In this document: in pieces, positions 24,704 to 39,378 of the stretch
How the letters are laid out: each line of letters opens with the position of its first letter
How positions within the stretch are numbered: the first letter of the stretch is position 1
Assembly: GCA_022813865.1 (NCBI GenBank)
Contig: JALDZX010000068.1
Span: 1 to 64,000, forward strand
Origin: Xylographa opegraphella
Taxonomy: Eukaryota
Reading direction: 5' to 3'
DNA: 64,000 nucleotides
Translations under genes and position numbers: made by a program
The notes under the pieces: model-generated
The model's input: only the letters and a program-made list of their open reading frames with translations
What the model was told of the DNA's origin: nothing
Databases searched by the model: none

Positions 24704-25995
24704 ATGACTACTGCTGCAAAGTCGTTCGCCCGTGTGGCGACGCGGTCGACACCGCTGATCTCCTCCATCAAGAATACTACCACCCATAATACCCGTTTCG
24801 TCATTCCTCGCCACGCTTTCCGATCCTCCAGACGCAGTTATGCCTCCGAGTCGAACGTCAAGACATCTTCAATGGGTCTCTACTGGGGGATCGGTGCTGC
24901 AGCTCTGGCAGGAGCGGGAGGTTACTTTTTCTACAACAACGGGGGCATTACAAGCTTGAGGGAAGGCAGCGCTGGAGAAACAAGGGGGATCTTCACACCC
25001 ACTAAGGAAGACTACCAGAAGGTCTACAACGAGATTGCTCGACAACTTGACGAAAGGGACGACTACGACGATGGAAGCTTCGGGCCCGTGCTGGTCAGGT
25101 TGGCGTGGCACTGCAGTGGAACGTATGTGCTCATATCCTGCCCTGGTATCGCTTGGTACGCGTATGACTGACTCGGCCCAGCTACGATAAGGAGACCAAC
25201 ACTGGAGGATCGAACGGTGCCACCATGCGATTTGCCCCCGAGAAGGATCATGGTGCCAACGCCGGCCTTCATGCTGCCCAAGACTTCATGGAGCCTGTTC
25301 ACGGTATGCAAAGGTTGTCAAGTAGATGGTCTTAGCTTGGCTGATGATTTACGTTCTAGATAAGTTCCCGTGGATCACTTATTCGGATCTTTGGACGCTC
25401 GGGGGCGTTTGCGCGATTCAAGAAATGCAAGGACCCACCATCCCATGGCGTCCAGGTCGAATGGATAAAGATATTTCCATGTGTACCCCGGATGGTCGTC
25501 TTCCGGACGGTGCGAAAGAACAGAAACACTTGCGCGCTATCTTCGGCCGTATGGGCTTCGATGACCGGGAGATTGTCGCATTGAGCGGTGCCCACGCACT
25601 TGGACGTTGCCACACCGACCGAAGCGGGTTTGAGGGACCATGGACATTCAGCCCGACAGTCATGTCAAACGACTATTATCGCCTCCTCCTTGGCGAAAAG
25701 TGGAATGTTCGCAAGGTAAGCTAAATTTCATCGTTAGCAACAGACCTGAAGCTGATGGATATAGTGGAACGGCCCAAAGCAGTTCCAAGACGTGACCAGC
25801 AAGTCACTGATGATGTTACCGACCGATATGGCTCTTGTCCAGGACAAGGAGTTCAAGAAGCACGTTGAGCGCTATGCCAAGGACGACCAAGTCTTCTTCG
25901 CCGAATTTAGAGATGTTATGGTCAAATTGTTGGAGCTCGGGGTGCCGTTCCAATCGAAGGAGGAAGATCGCCTCACTTTACAGCCACTGGCTTAG
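24704..25995 (+). CDS. CCP1: mitochondrial cytochrome c peroxidase
   Basis: Arg/Ser-rich presequence plus TM sorting segment, [31 protein letters not shown] and [10 protein letters not shown]; three introns. Confidence 0.95.
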
Positions 25996-26811
25996 TCCTG
26001 CAACAAAGCATGTCAAGTCATGTCAACTTCAACCTCTGCTTTCGACCATCTCTCGGCCACGGCAAGAGATCATTACAGTTACTTTTTAGCGCCGGCGTCC
26101 TTGATGTGTTTTGCATGGACCAGACTAGACAGGATCTCTGTTGTAATCACTGCTAGACTAGACATAGAGTATAGATTATAGAGAATAGAAGACCGAATCT
26201 AGCAGCAATCAAGCTACTTGACCGTTTCGGCCTCCCCAGACCTTGTGTGGTTACTGAGCTTACCGAAGCTGGATAGCTATCCTCCGAAGCGGACCACATT
26301 CAACTATTTACGGCACCGTACCCTTCACACTACAGCTCCAGCACTACATGATTGCTTACACATCCAGCAGACATAGTCGAGCCCGACATAGAGGCAGAAG
26401 ATCTCGCAAGCTACCAATCTTTCTTTGAATACAAATTAACATACTCCAATTTCTCACAAAAATTCCCAAGCACTGTGGACGTCAATCTCCGATACACAAT
26501 ATGTTATTTAATTATTAGAGCACACGTACGCCCGTGGCATGATTAAGCCAGACTTTGAATACATTAGGGGCGGGGTTCGTTCGTGCAGATGGGAGGAAAA
26601 GCGGGTTACCAATAAAAATGAAAAAGCAATTCGCCAGAATATGAGACTCACCATAAAGCCCCACATCCCTCCCACCAACCACCCAATCACCACCTCCATA
26701 ACCCATACCCAACCCCCCCCAGAAAAAGCTACCGAGAGAAGCAAAAAATGAACCCAACGAGTCAAGCGCCCCCACCCCTCGGCCGCTCATGCCGGTCCGG
26801 CACAAAACCAC

Positions 26812-28881
26812 TCATCGTCCCTGACCGCCTTGGGAGTCGGTGCGGGGAGGGGGGAGGGAGTCGGTACGGGGCGGGGGGAAGGAGGAGAGCGTGAGGTTGC
26901 CAGAGGAGGTGGGGCCATGGGTGCGGGTACGGGCAGCAGGGGGCTGTGTGGGGTAAGAGAGCGGTTTGGGAAAGGGGTTGCTGACGACGTGTTGGTGGCG
27001 GTCGGTGAGGTGCGGGTTTGCACGGAGGTAGGGCGAGGATTTAGGCGGGGGGGTGGGCTTCCGCTCGCGCGTCTCCGTGGGGTCCAGCTCGACGGGGATG
27101 CTGGGCGAGAAGGGCGAGTTGAGGGTGCTCATCGGCGGGGGTAGGTGGGCGAATTGGATCGGGCCCGGAGCTTCGGAACGCGTCGACGCTCCGTTGTCGA
27201 CGGCTGTGCGAGCGCGGTCCGCCATGGCGGGACGCGGGTTGCTGGCGTACGGCGACGTGGACGGGCGCCCGAGAGTGTTCGAGCCACGCGTTGGCGGGCG
27301 GCCCACGGACTCGAAGCCCAGCTGGCGCCCACACATGCGGCAGAAGGGTGCGCCGGGGACTTCGATCAGTGTTTTGCAGCAGCGCGGACAAAGGACTCCG
27401 TCATGGGGGCTTTTGTACGAGAGTGGCACGTTTTGCGAAACATCGTAGTGAGACGAGATTGGGGAGATCGCCGAGACGTCATCCACGTAGTCGTCGTCCC
27501 AGATTGACGCGCGTGACGTGTCGTGCGAGGTTTCATCGTGAGACAAGATTGGGGAAAGCGGCGCGCCCTCTTGAGCGGCGAAGAGATCCTCGCACGAGCT
27601 GCACAGGTTGCGGGACGTCTCCGACAGTGGGCGGCTGTTGCAGTTCTCGCACAGATTGACGTGCATGTGGGCAAGCGCGCTGCCGGAGAAGCGGTTATGG
27701 CGCCTCCCGGACTTGAGCACGGTGGGTGTGCGCAGGATCGGGGCTTGATCGGCGACGATACGCTCGAACCGCGGCTCCGCGCCCAAGTGACAATATGCAC
27801 TGGCGAGGTGGTCGCCCACTTCTGTCAGCGGACTCACTGGGCTTTCGGCATCTGCGTCCTCGGGCGGCGGGGTCGAGCTCATGAGGGACACGCGTGCGCT
27901 GACGGGTTGGAATTCGAGGCCGGGTTCGATTTGGCGGCTGCCTTCGATCCCCGGACCGCGCAGCGCGTCGGCGGCGGGAGCACGTTTGATCTGCGCGGGG
28001 AAGGGCTTGTGCGGTATGAGCAGGCCTGGGATTCCGTACAGACCCTCGGCCTTGAGGTTGAGCTGGCCCGGAATAGCATTAACGAGCTGCATTCGGCGTC
28101 GAGGTGCCGGAGCACGCTCACCTACATTGGGAACGGACGCAGGTGCAACGGGCTTGATGCGTGGACCGTCGACGTCTGCTGCATTTGGTGTCGGCCATGC
28201 AGCCGGTGAGAATCGGTCGGGATGAAGATGGGGCGGGGCTCTGACCTTGCGAGCCCTGTTGCCGGGACTATGCGGTGTGGGCGAGGACTCATGATGCTTG
28301 TCCTTCGGAGGGACGGCGGCAAGCACAGACGGGCCGTGACGAGGTGGCGAGCCAGATCTTAACGAGGATGGCTCTCGGAGTGGCGAGTTGAAGCGGATAG
28401 TTGTGCCAGGGTGCGCTACAGCATGTGTGGCTGTGGGATGTCTGTGATGCGGAGACGCTGGCGTTACCGACTTACCTGGATGACGCTCGCGTTGGGTCAG
28501 AGAGCGGCCTCGTGGTCGGGATGTACGATGAGCATCCATCAAACGTCGAGCCGTTTCACGCTCCATGCGACTTCGTTGCGGCGAAGGACCTCGACTCGGT
28601 TCTTGGACGACTCGAAGATCAGTACGGGTCTGGACGATATTGGGGCCGTTGCGGCCAGATTGGAGGAATGATTCCGTATTCGCCCGATTCCTCTCAGCTT
28701 GGTCTCGGTCCAACTTCTCACGGTGCAGACGCTCTGCGAAGGACTCGGTGTTCTCTTGAACGTTCGCCTTCAGCTTCTTTTCGCTGTTGCCTGACAGCGA
28801 ACGAACTGTTTTCAAAACCGTGCTCATGATTTTCTGGCCTAGCGAAGGGCTGCGTTTGCGTGGATCGTTTAATTCGGACAT
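26812..28881 (-). CDS. hypothetical Pro/Ser/Arg-rich protein with two CxxC...CxxC motifs
   Basis: 689-aa ORF from ATG containing CENC...LCSSC and CPRC...FCRMC. Confidence 0.65.
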   Translation of the reverse strand: MSELNDPRKRSPSLGQKIMSTVLKTVRSLSGNSEKKLKANVQENTESFAERLHREKLDRDQAERNRANTESFLQSGRNGPNIVQTRTDLRVVQEPSRGPSPQRSRMERETARRLMDAHRTSRPRGRSLTQRERHPGKSVTPASPHHRHPTATHAVAHPGTTIRFNSPLREPSSLRSGSPPRHGPSVLAAVPPKDKHHESSPTPHSPGNRARKVRAPPHLHPDRFSPAAWPTPNAADVDGPRIKPVAPASVPNVGERAPAPRRRMQLVNAIPGQLNLKAEGLYGIPGLLIPHKPFPAQIKRAPAADALRGPGIEGSRQIEPGLEFQPVSARVSLMSSTPPPEDADAESPVSPLTEVGDHLASAYCHLGAEPRFERIVADQAPILRTPTVLKSGRRHNRFSGSALAHMHVNLCENCNSRPLSETSRNLCSSCEDLFAAQEGAPLSPILSHDETSHDTSRASIWDDDYVDDVSAISPISSHYDVSQNVPLSYKSPHDGVLCPRCCKTLIEVPGAPFCRMCGRQLGFESVGRPPTRGSNTLGRPSTSPYASNPRPAMADRARTAVDNGASTRSEAPGPIQFAHLPPPMSTLNSPFSPSIPVELDPTETRERKPTPPPKSSPYLRANPHLTDRHQHVVSNPFPKPLSYPTQPPAARTRTHGPTSSGNLTLSSFPPPRTDSLPPPRTDSQGGQGR

Positions 28882-29410
28882 GGTGTTGGTAGTCTGGCTG
28901 TCAAAGCTTCGTACGGGTTGTCCGACTGGAGGCGCTATTGGTTTCGACTGAGGACTAGCTTGTGGAATACTTTATCAACAGGTTTGGAAAGGAATAGAAG
29001 AGATTTAGATCGTTAGAAATATGGGCCACAACATGACTATATGTATCAGGGGTCTCATCAGACGGGAGTCAAGGACAAAGTAACTGATCAACTCAAGCAC
29101 AAGGAAGACTCTATATTATGAACAATCAGCATGAGGCGAAAGCTTTGTCTTATTGTTTCGTTCTACACAATGTGGCTTTGATAGCAAAGAGAGCAACAAT
29201 GCTCTCGAGTATTAGTTGTTTCGTAACAAGTGTAGCACCAAAGGTTGTATTATACAAAGAAATGTCTAGAGCCGGCAAAGCATTCGGCAGATCCATTGCA
29301 AAACATTATCCATAATAGTCCTGCAGCCTAATCAGCATGCGTTTTTAGTGTAGCATTACTTGAGCATACCTTTGCTTGCTCCAACAGAATTTATCAAGTA
29401 TTAGGTGCCT

Positions 29411-30283
29411 CTATATGGCAAGATGAAAAGCACCAAGGATAGCCATTGTGATAAAGAAGAACATGTCGACAATCATACGAGGACCACTACCAGTGGCATA
29501 GTTGTTGATTGGTGGGCTGATGACCGTGGTGTTGGATCCAGCCGGAGATTCTGGCAAGGCACCTGTTGGTGCAACGTATGGAGCCTCGACTGGGGCTCCA
29601 GGGGCGCCAGTTGAGGCAGGGCTTGACTCGACAGTGAAAGTTCCAGTCTCAATAATGGCAGTGGTAATCGGGGTGGCGGCAGTAGCAGCATAAGCTGCGG
29701 CTGGTGAAGCTGCACCGGGTGCAGGAGCCGAACCTACAGCAGGTACTGCACTAGGAGTAGAACTCCCAGAGACCGCAGGGGCAGTAGAAGCTGCAAGAGG
29801 CGTGGGTCCCGTAGATGGTGTTGCAATCGGTGTCGTTATGGTTACCATAGGCATATTCTCGCAAACAGTACACTGAACGGTTGTGACAGTAAAACCTTGT
29901 GGAAGGTAAGTAGCTTCACGTGATGCACCCGTCGAACTGCAAGACTCTGTGACTGTGTACGTCACTGGTTCCAGACCTGTAGGGCACAACTGCGAGTATT
30001 CAGTGGTGTAGACAGTAAGGATTCCTTCTGAAGTCGACTCTGGCATCTCGCATTTGGGACAGTAGGTGCTGACAATAGTTCCTGTGACCGTAGCGCTGTA
30101 TTCTGCTCCAGTACTCGTAGCACAGTCATCGTAGTACTCGGTCATAGTCACTACCTCCCCCGCTGCCAAACTCGTGTTAGGAGCGATACTGGGGGCGGAA
30201 TCTGTGAGGGCACCTAATATATCCTGTGCGGACGCCTTGAGTGCAGCCGCTAGAAGGACGACAGAAACCTTAGTGGCCCTCAT
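29411..30283 (-). CDS. Ser/Thr-rich, probably GPI-anchored cell-wall protein
   Basis: Signal peptide, TYCPKC / YSQLCPTGL / GFTVTTVQCTVC motifs, Ser/Thr/Pro/Ala stalk and hydrophobic C-terminus. Confidence 0.85.
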   Translation of the reverse strand: MRATKVSVVLLAAALKASAQDILGALTDSAPSIAPNTSLAAGEVVTMTEYYDDCATSTGAEYSATVTGTIVSTYCPKCEMPESTSEGILTVYTTEYSQLCPTGLEPVTYTVTESCSSTGASREATYLPQGFTVTTVQCTVCENMPMVTITTPIATPSTGPTPLAASTAPAVSGSSTPSAVPAVGSAPAPGAASPAAAYAATAATPITTAIIETGTFTVESSPASTGAPGAPVEAPYVAPTGALPESPAGSNTTVISPPINNYATGSGPRMIVDMFFFITMAILGAFHLAI

Positions 30284-31116
30284 TGTAGTCGTCGATTGTA
30301 ACTGTGTCCAAAGGCTGTATTAGTAAGGCGAGTAGATTTAAATAGACGGCAAAGTGTCGAGTATTGAATGAATGACTTTGGGAGGAGAAATATTTCCGAA
30401 CACCGACGACGATCCAACCAATGCAATAATGAGTGTGGAGGAGCAAAGCTGAAGAAGGAAAGGACGTCGAGTCAAAGGGCCTTTAAGAAATGGCTGGGGT
30501 AGTTGTGTTGACTTTTTTTAGATGACATTCCAATTGAAGAATGTCCCGTAATCTACTGGGTGCGAGTGTAAACATTAAAGTACAAGCGAAGGAATGAAAA
30601 GAGATTACGGTAACAAGGGAGCCACAACGACACTCCGCATTCGGCAACATCACAGTAACCCATCGAGTTGAAAGCGTCTACCGGAGACGAATACGGATGC
30701 AGTCTCAGAAGAATCTCGAACACGCGAATAATTGTTCCTAATAGCGCTCAGACCATGCATTGAACACGAAATTGTATCCCATCTATCGACATTTCCCTCC
30801 CATCGCTCTCACCAAAGAGAACCCGGCATAACGAGAAGGAAACTTCCTATCCAGGATTGTATTGATCTCCAGAGCCGCTGCATCAAGAGATACATGGCAA
30901 CGCATTGCTGTAGAGACTGAACAATGGTCGTGGCTGGCTCCGTTTACTTTTTGATGAAGAAGGAAAAGAAGTGGAAGTTCTGGAATGTGAAGTAGTCGGA
31001 AAATTTGCTGCTTAGTAATCTTCGGCTAGCCGGTTTCGAAGATTCCCGCTAACTACAGCAGGCTATGCCCTCGGCCTCTTCCCCACACTCCAGCTTCAGG
31101 TGCGATCTTAACGTAG

Positions 31117-33378
<2,262 letters not shown>

Positions 33379-34021
33379 CCCCCGTAGGTACATGTCGATT
33401 CGGATTTGTTCTCTTTGCACACCTGTTTGCTTGCGAGGCGCAGCCCTCCTCCAAGCACACTCACTCGCATCTTGATAGGCTACACTTGAGCCAATAGAGA
33501 ATTTTGTTTCCGAAAGGATAAGCACGTGCTGGACTCCTGACGCTGTATGCATAAATAAAAACACACATACGCAGAGATCGAACACTGAGACGGCGTATCA
33601 GATCGTTGTTGGCTATAGAATACCATGAAAAAGGCTGATCACAAAGCAATGAAGTCCGTCGAGAGCAGTATCGCCTGCAGACTGGTGGGTTAATCTTGAT
33701 CCATCGAGCTCGAAGTCGATGCATGATGACAGGCACTGGGAGACCATGGGAATGAATCACGTTCCTGTAGACCAGACATGCGGTAGCTGAAGGGGCATCA
33801 GCGCAACTCGATTGGCTCGTCTCACGCAAAAGGCCCTAGCCCGGGTCGGGATGCTGTTGTTCCATCCACTGCGAAACGCAATGCACCAGAAAGGTTGCTC
33901 CGCTTGGAACGTCAAGCCCAGCTTTCACCACCGAGAGTCTTGGCGTCCTAATATACCATCACCCCACACTATATTCCGCCCCTCTCCCTAGCCCTCTTAC
34001 GAAACCTTCCACCTCCCCACC

Positions 34022-35819
34022 CTACATCCCCCCTCCCTCTCCCTCCATCCCCCGCCCCCTCCCCCTCCCCGCCACCTCGCCCACCTCCGCCCTCGGCACC
34101 ACCACCGGCCCCACGCTCCCCCTCCACCCAGTCCGCTGCTCAAACGCAAACGCCAACGCCAACAACCTCTCCTCACTCCACCGCTCACTCAAAAAGCCCA
34201 GCCCGAACGCCATCCCCGGCCCCGCCATCACAGACCGCAACAGGGGATCGTGTTCTTTCCGCCACGCGACGCTCACGTCCGCGCCAAACGCCCCCATCGG
34301 CACCGTCACCACCGGGGAGCCGGCGTAGGCTGGGAGGTGGTAGCTGAACACGGAGGGGAGGACGAGGGCGTCGAGGGTGTCGGTTTGCAGGGCGGCGAAG
34401 ATGCCGGCGGGGCCGCAGGCGCGGTGGACGGATTGGTAGGCTGTCCACCGCGTGGGCGGAGGTGGGGGAGGAGTGGGTGGAGAGGGCGCTGGTCCATTGG
34501 GAGATGTCGCGGCGGGGGTGTTGCTCGAGGGGGTGGGTGGTGGTGCAGGTAGCTAGGTCCTGGAGGGAGCGGAGTGGGGTGCTGCTGGGGTCGAGGTGGG
34601 AGAGGTAGGTGTTGATGGCGAGGAGGGCGTTGGGGTCTTGGTAGGCAGAGGTGTTTGCATCATCCCATGGGTACGTGGTGTGGGGAGAGGCGCTGGCGAT
34701 GTCGTCGTTGACGATTTGCTGGTCGCTGCTTTGTGCGTTCACGTGGGTATGCTCGCCCTGTTTGGCCGGAAGGCAAGGGAAGCTCGTGTACACGATCGTG
34801 GCCCCCGCTGCTTCGAGGACGGCGAGCGAGTCGTTGAAGCGATGCAGTATGACTTCGAGGTGCTCTGGCGATTGGGCGGGGTGGAGATCGGGGAGGATAC
34901 CGTTCCATGGGACTCCGATGCGAGCACCTTGCAATGCGTCGCGATCAAGGGCTTTGGTGTAGTCCGGTGGGCTCTCGAAGGGCTGCTCCAGCGTGGCGTT
35001 GTCATTTTCGTAGGTATCTTTGCCCGCCATCGCCGTCAGCAGGTAGGCGGCGTCTTTGACCGTTCGTGCCAAAGGGCCCACGACGTCTTGGCGGGGACAG
35101 GAAGCGATCGCCATGTGTCGGGAGACTAATCCCAACGTCGGCTTGACGCCCACCACATTATTCCACTCGGCGGGAATGATGATACTCCCACGTGTCTCCG
35201 TGCCCGCCGCCGCAGCAGCCAGGCCGACCGATACGGCGACGGCACTCCCGCTCGAGCTGCCGCCTGGGTCTTGATCTTCGCGATAAGCACCCCGGCCTTG
35301 GCCTCCGTAGCCGCTCCATCCCAACGATGTGGTGTCGAAATCGGATCGAAAGCCAGCCCACTCGCTCAGGTTAGTCTTCCCCAGGATGATGGCGCCCGCT
35401 CTCCGCAGTTTGGTGATGATGGATGCCTCTTCCAGAACGCGAGCCTCCAGCAGGCACACCGAACCAGCGGTATTGTTCATCTTGTCCTTCGTGGCAACCA
35501 CGTCTTTCACCAGGATCGGAACGCCGTGCAAGGGACCTCGGACCTTGCCCAGAGCGCGCTCCCCGTCAAGCTCTCGAGCGATGGCTTGCGCATCGGGGTT
35601 GATCTCGTTGATGGCGCGGAGCTTATCGTTGACTTCAGAGATGCGCTGGAGGTACACGTCCACAAGCTCTTCACTCGTGGTGGTGCGCTCCTGTAACAGC
35701 TGGCCAATCTCTTCGATTGTTATGTCAAGCAAAGATGGAATTTTATGGCTGTTGCACATGGTGGCAGATATTGAGAGCAAGAGGAGACAGCTGAAAAATA
35801 TCATTGGTCGATAATACAT
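34022..35819 (-). pseudogene. secreted amidase-signature family enzyme with one frameshift near 34450-34490 (pseudogene or assembly error)
   Basis: Signal peptide, GPLHGVPILVKD, GKTNLSEW, PGGSSSGS and GTETRGSI. The expected C-terminus (WTAYQ...LDALVLPS...AGSPVVTVPMG...WSEERLLALAFAFEQ) is in a different frame. Confidence 0.8.
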
Positions 35820-37249
35820 GGTATCCACATCTAGACTGTACACTGACGAACAGAATGAGGCTCGTCTCAATGCGGGAAAGCAAAAGCCACGAAACCTCGT
35901 TCACGGTCTCCAAGGTCCGATATGGAGATATTGGCACCTGTTCTGCCACAACCCGCTCTGGTCGAACTCCGTGAGTCCCGCCTACCAAAGCATATCGATA
36001 CACAATCTACTAAACCGCGAGTATATTGTATACCGGCTGACCCCAAGAGCAGACCATGTAGTCTAGACTTCGGGATTTGAATGCGCATAAGCTTCACAAG
36101 CAACAGGCTTGTGAATCCCGACGCGATAACAGACGGCTGCGCAATGCTTGGATGCAGCGTGGAGAAAGCTTGAATCATAGGCAATCCGTACACTCTGGCC
36201 TGAGGGTGGTGTGATGCAGACTGAAATGACAGGGAACCACATGGGAAAGTCTCGTCCAAAGCTCCGCAATTGGCAAATCGATCTGCACGGTCTGAATGTC
36301 TCTCCGGCGACCTCTCACGATCGAGGACGAAGAGACAAGCAGTAGGCCACGCCTCCACGACAACATCAATCAAGCCGTCGGGAAGGCTCAGGTTCGGTAG
36401 GCATTCTACACCTATAATATTAATGTGGCAGGCCACGAGAATGACACGATGTTATCTGCCGTTCGTGGCGCTCTACTCGCTCTATCTTAACGTATCTGAA
36501 CGACCTCCAGACCACGGAGCGGTTCCAAGCTTTTCGTCCCTCAATTCCTGGTTGGGAAGTGACATCAAGCCCCCTGAAGCCCCCATCCCAATCTCGTCTA
36601 CGTGCAGGCGACGCTCCCGAAACACGGCCACCAATCAGTCCCGGTGGCGGTCCATTCACGACAAGACGCCAACCAATCTCGCCCCCGGGCACCCCGCTAA
36701 TGAAGAGCCCCCCCCCCGATGCCACGCTAATGTAGGCCCCCGAATATTGCCAGCCCCGAAATAGCACAAGCGCATGAAAGCTTGCTCTCCACATCAAAAG
36801 CTCAACCGAAATCCTCTTTCATGTGCAATAGTGTTCATGGGCTTTTATTGCACCGCGTACCTCGTCTTTCGTTGAGGTGTCCGGACGTCTTCACAGTCTT
36901 TGCCCCGTCGTTGCCAAACGCCTTGCAAATACTAAACCATATGGTAGTGTGAACGTTCATGCTTAGTATGAAGCTTCCTCTCCGCTGCTCCGCGTGGCAG
37001 GCGACACCACCAGACTGACTTCGTCACAGGCAAGACGATTTCACTCGGTCCCCGTCCGGGCACGACGTCTGTTGCTCACCACTCTTGGAGCGAATCATAA
37101 CTCTCGTTCCAATTGAGCTCTCGAACTCGTCTTTCGCTTCAACAAATACGCTTGGATTACTCCTTGCTGTCCGTTCGTTTCGGCCCCCTCCCAGCTAGAA
37201 GGTCCACTTTTGTTACACCTCCACCAGATCCCAACTCTTATTCTTCATC

Positions 37250-37825
37250 ATGCTTCTCAATGAGAAAGACTTCGGCATGGAGGCTCTCACTTCTCCCGAA
37301 CCATCTCCCACCACCAACCCAACACGACCGTCTCTCGGCCTTCAACCACCACCACCCTTCGAGCAGAACCTCACGGCGTCACAATGCACGACACCCACCG
37401 AAGAATACGACCCCACCTCTACCCATCCCTTCTCAGCTTTCTATTCTCATCCCACAACCCGCACTTCCTTCGAACAACTCAAGTCCGCCTCCACAGCCAA
37501 CATAGCCATCAAAGTCTATGAAACTGACCTGGAGTCCGGCTCTCGGATACGCTTCTCGTCCGAGCCACCCGCCAGTATCGCGAACAAGGAGTGCAGCGTG
37601 TGGCCGAGACACCATCAGCTCGCACAGAAAAGCCAAGCGTTGAAGCAGAGCAGAGGCTGCAGTCCGCTGAGAAAGCTGAGCAAGAAACAGAAGCTTCTAG
37701 CCAAGATTTTGATTGCGGTTGTCATCGTCGGTGCCGTCACTGCCATTGCCGTCGGCGTCTCCAAGGCCGTGAATGCGGGTGTGTACAAGAGCAATAACCA
37801 GCAGACGCAGATCGGGAGTACTTGA
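37250..37825 (+). CDS. hypothetical protein with single C-terminal TM helix
   Basis: 191-aa ORF with HPFSAFYSHP and ECSVWP motifs; basic stretch then hydrophobic ILIAVVIVGAVTAIAVGVS. Confidence 0.75.
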   Translation: MLLNEKDFGMEALTSPEPSPTTNPTRPSLGLQPPPPFEQNLTASQCTTPTEEYDPTSTHPFSAFYSHPTTRTSFEQLKSASTANIAIKVYETDLESGSRIRFSSEPPASIANKECSVWPRHHQLAQKSQALKQSRGCSPLRKLSKKQKLLAKILIAVVIVGAVTAIAVGVSKAVNAGVYKSNNQQTQIGST

Positions 37826-38454
37826 TTATGATGAAATATACCCTGTGGCAGAGCTGTGACGTGCTATTACGGGGACCTTTTTATGTCTCTCGGACATCTA
37901 CGGGTCGACGTTTGCCACAATTAACGACAAAACCTTCTCTGAACGATGCTCCTTGTTGATGGCATCTTCCGAATAACGAACACGCGTTATACCACTTTTT
38001 CCATACCCATCCTTTCCTTACCTCGCCGCTGTGGATATCGGGCCTCAACCATATAATACTGGTATTCGATTCTCTTGTGTCATATTCAAACCAGGTTGAG
38101 GCCCGGGCATTGGGATAAGATGCCTTTGTTGCGGACCATGCACGCGATGGCTACTGGGCCTTTGCAAGGAATGGGATGGAGCAGGAAGGAGCTAGGCTGG
38201 TCATGCATAATAGAGCATCGAATTGGTAATTAAAGGCTAAAGAAAACTTTTGCTCCAGACTCGTCTATCCGCTGATGGACATGACATCTCAGGTGTCAAA
38301 CAAACAGAAGCTTTTAATCCTGTATCCTCAAAACCTGCAGATGAATCTTCACCGTACCCCAGATGTGACCAAGTGACAATTTCATGCAGTCTTCAATCAA
38401 GCCACGAATCAACCCTTGTTTATTCATCACTCTCCAACCCATGCATGTCTCCCA

Positions 38455-39378
38455 TCACCAGGAGCCTTCCAACCCCTCTTCTTCCTCGATCAACCAGAAC
38501 GCTCTCTTCACCGTCTTAAATCCTTCTTTCAAGGAGTACGATTTCTTCTGGCGCTGTTCGGTCCAGCGGGTCATGAGATTTTGTATTATCCGATTCGCGC
38601 GAGCAACATCACAGCCGTCGTCGTCGTCGTCATCTTTGTGCGCTTTACATACGGTTTCGTACAAAGATGCTTGAGGGTAGGTGATGAATTCCACGCTCTT
38701 GGGAACACCTTTCGCGAAGCCAGGCGTGAAACTAGACAGGGCGCTGTTCGTCAAAACACAGCAACCGTCGTGACAGGTGGGGCAGTCCAAATACAAGAGC
38801 AGTCGGTCGAGCGACAGCAGGTCCAGCACCGGTGCGACTTTCCGAGGCCAGATGACTTGCGTCAGATGTCGCTTGTACGCCAGATGCAAGCCTTTCCCCC
38901 ATTCCTGAAACTCGTGCTGCAAGCCTTTGTACTCGTACCGGCCCGGATAGAGGGCCGACGTCATGACCTCTCGCAGCTCCTTCCAGTGCCGGTTGAAGAC
39001 AATCTCCCGCTGCCGCTCGTACATGTCTGCCGACTCCAAGCTAAGGCCAACGGATTTCACCCACGAGCAGCGTTCGGGGGTGTGGAGGCATCGTTTGAAG
39101 AAGCGGAGCGTCAGGTCGAGGATGGGGAGCAGGATCTGGTTCTCGGCGTAGAGGATGGGCGATGCTTCTGCGTGGATCTGGCGGCACGTTTGCAGCAGGT
39201 CGACGTCCGGAAGGTCTGCCATGCTTTGCCAAAACCGACCCGGGGGCATGGTGTCGCTGTGGTAGCATAGGTACTTTTCTCCTTGGAGTGCGAAGTAGGG
39301 ACGTATGTAGTCGATGACGAGGGCGTGGGTGTAGATCATCCGCCGGATCTCGTAGGGGAGGGAGAGGAAGCTGGTCAT
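38455..39378 (-). CDS. hypothetical protein with F-box-like N-terminus
   Basis: MTSFLSLPYEIRRMIYTHAL ... LLQTCRQIHAEASPILYAEN, a common fungal F-box-like pattern; 307 aa. Confidence 0.8.
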   Translation of the reverse strand: MTSFLSLPYEIRRMIYTHALVIDYIRPYFALQGEKYLCYHSDTMPPGRFWQSMADLPDVDLLQTCRQIHAEASPILYAENQILLPILDLTLRFFKRCLHTPERCSWVKSVGLSLESADMYERQREIVFNRHWKELREVMTSALYPGRYEYKGLQHEFQEWGKGLHLAYKRHLTQVIWPRKVAPVLDLLSLDRLLLYLDCPTCHDGCCVLTNSALSSFTPGFAKGVPKSVEFITYPQASLYETVCKAHKDDDDDDGCDVARANRIIQNLMTRWTEQRQKKSYSLKEGFKTVKRAFWLIEEEEGLEGSW

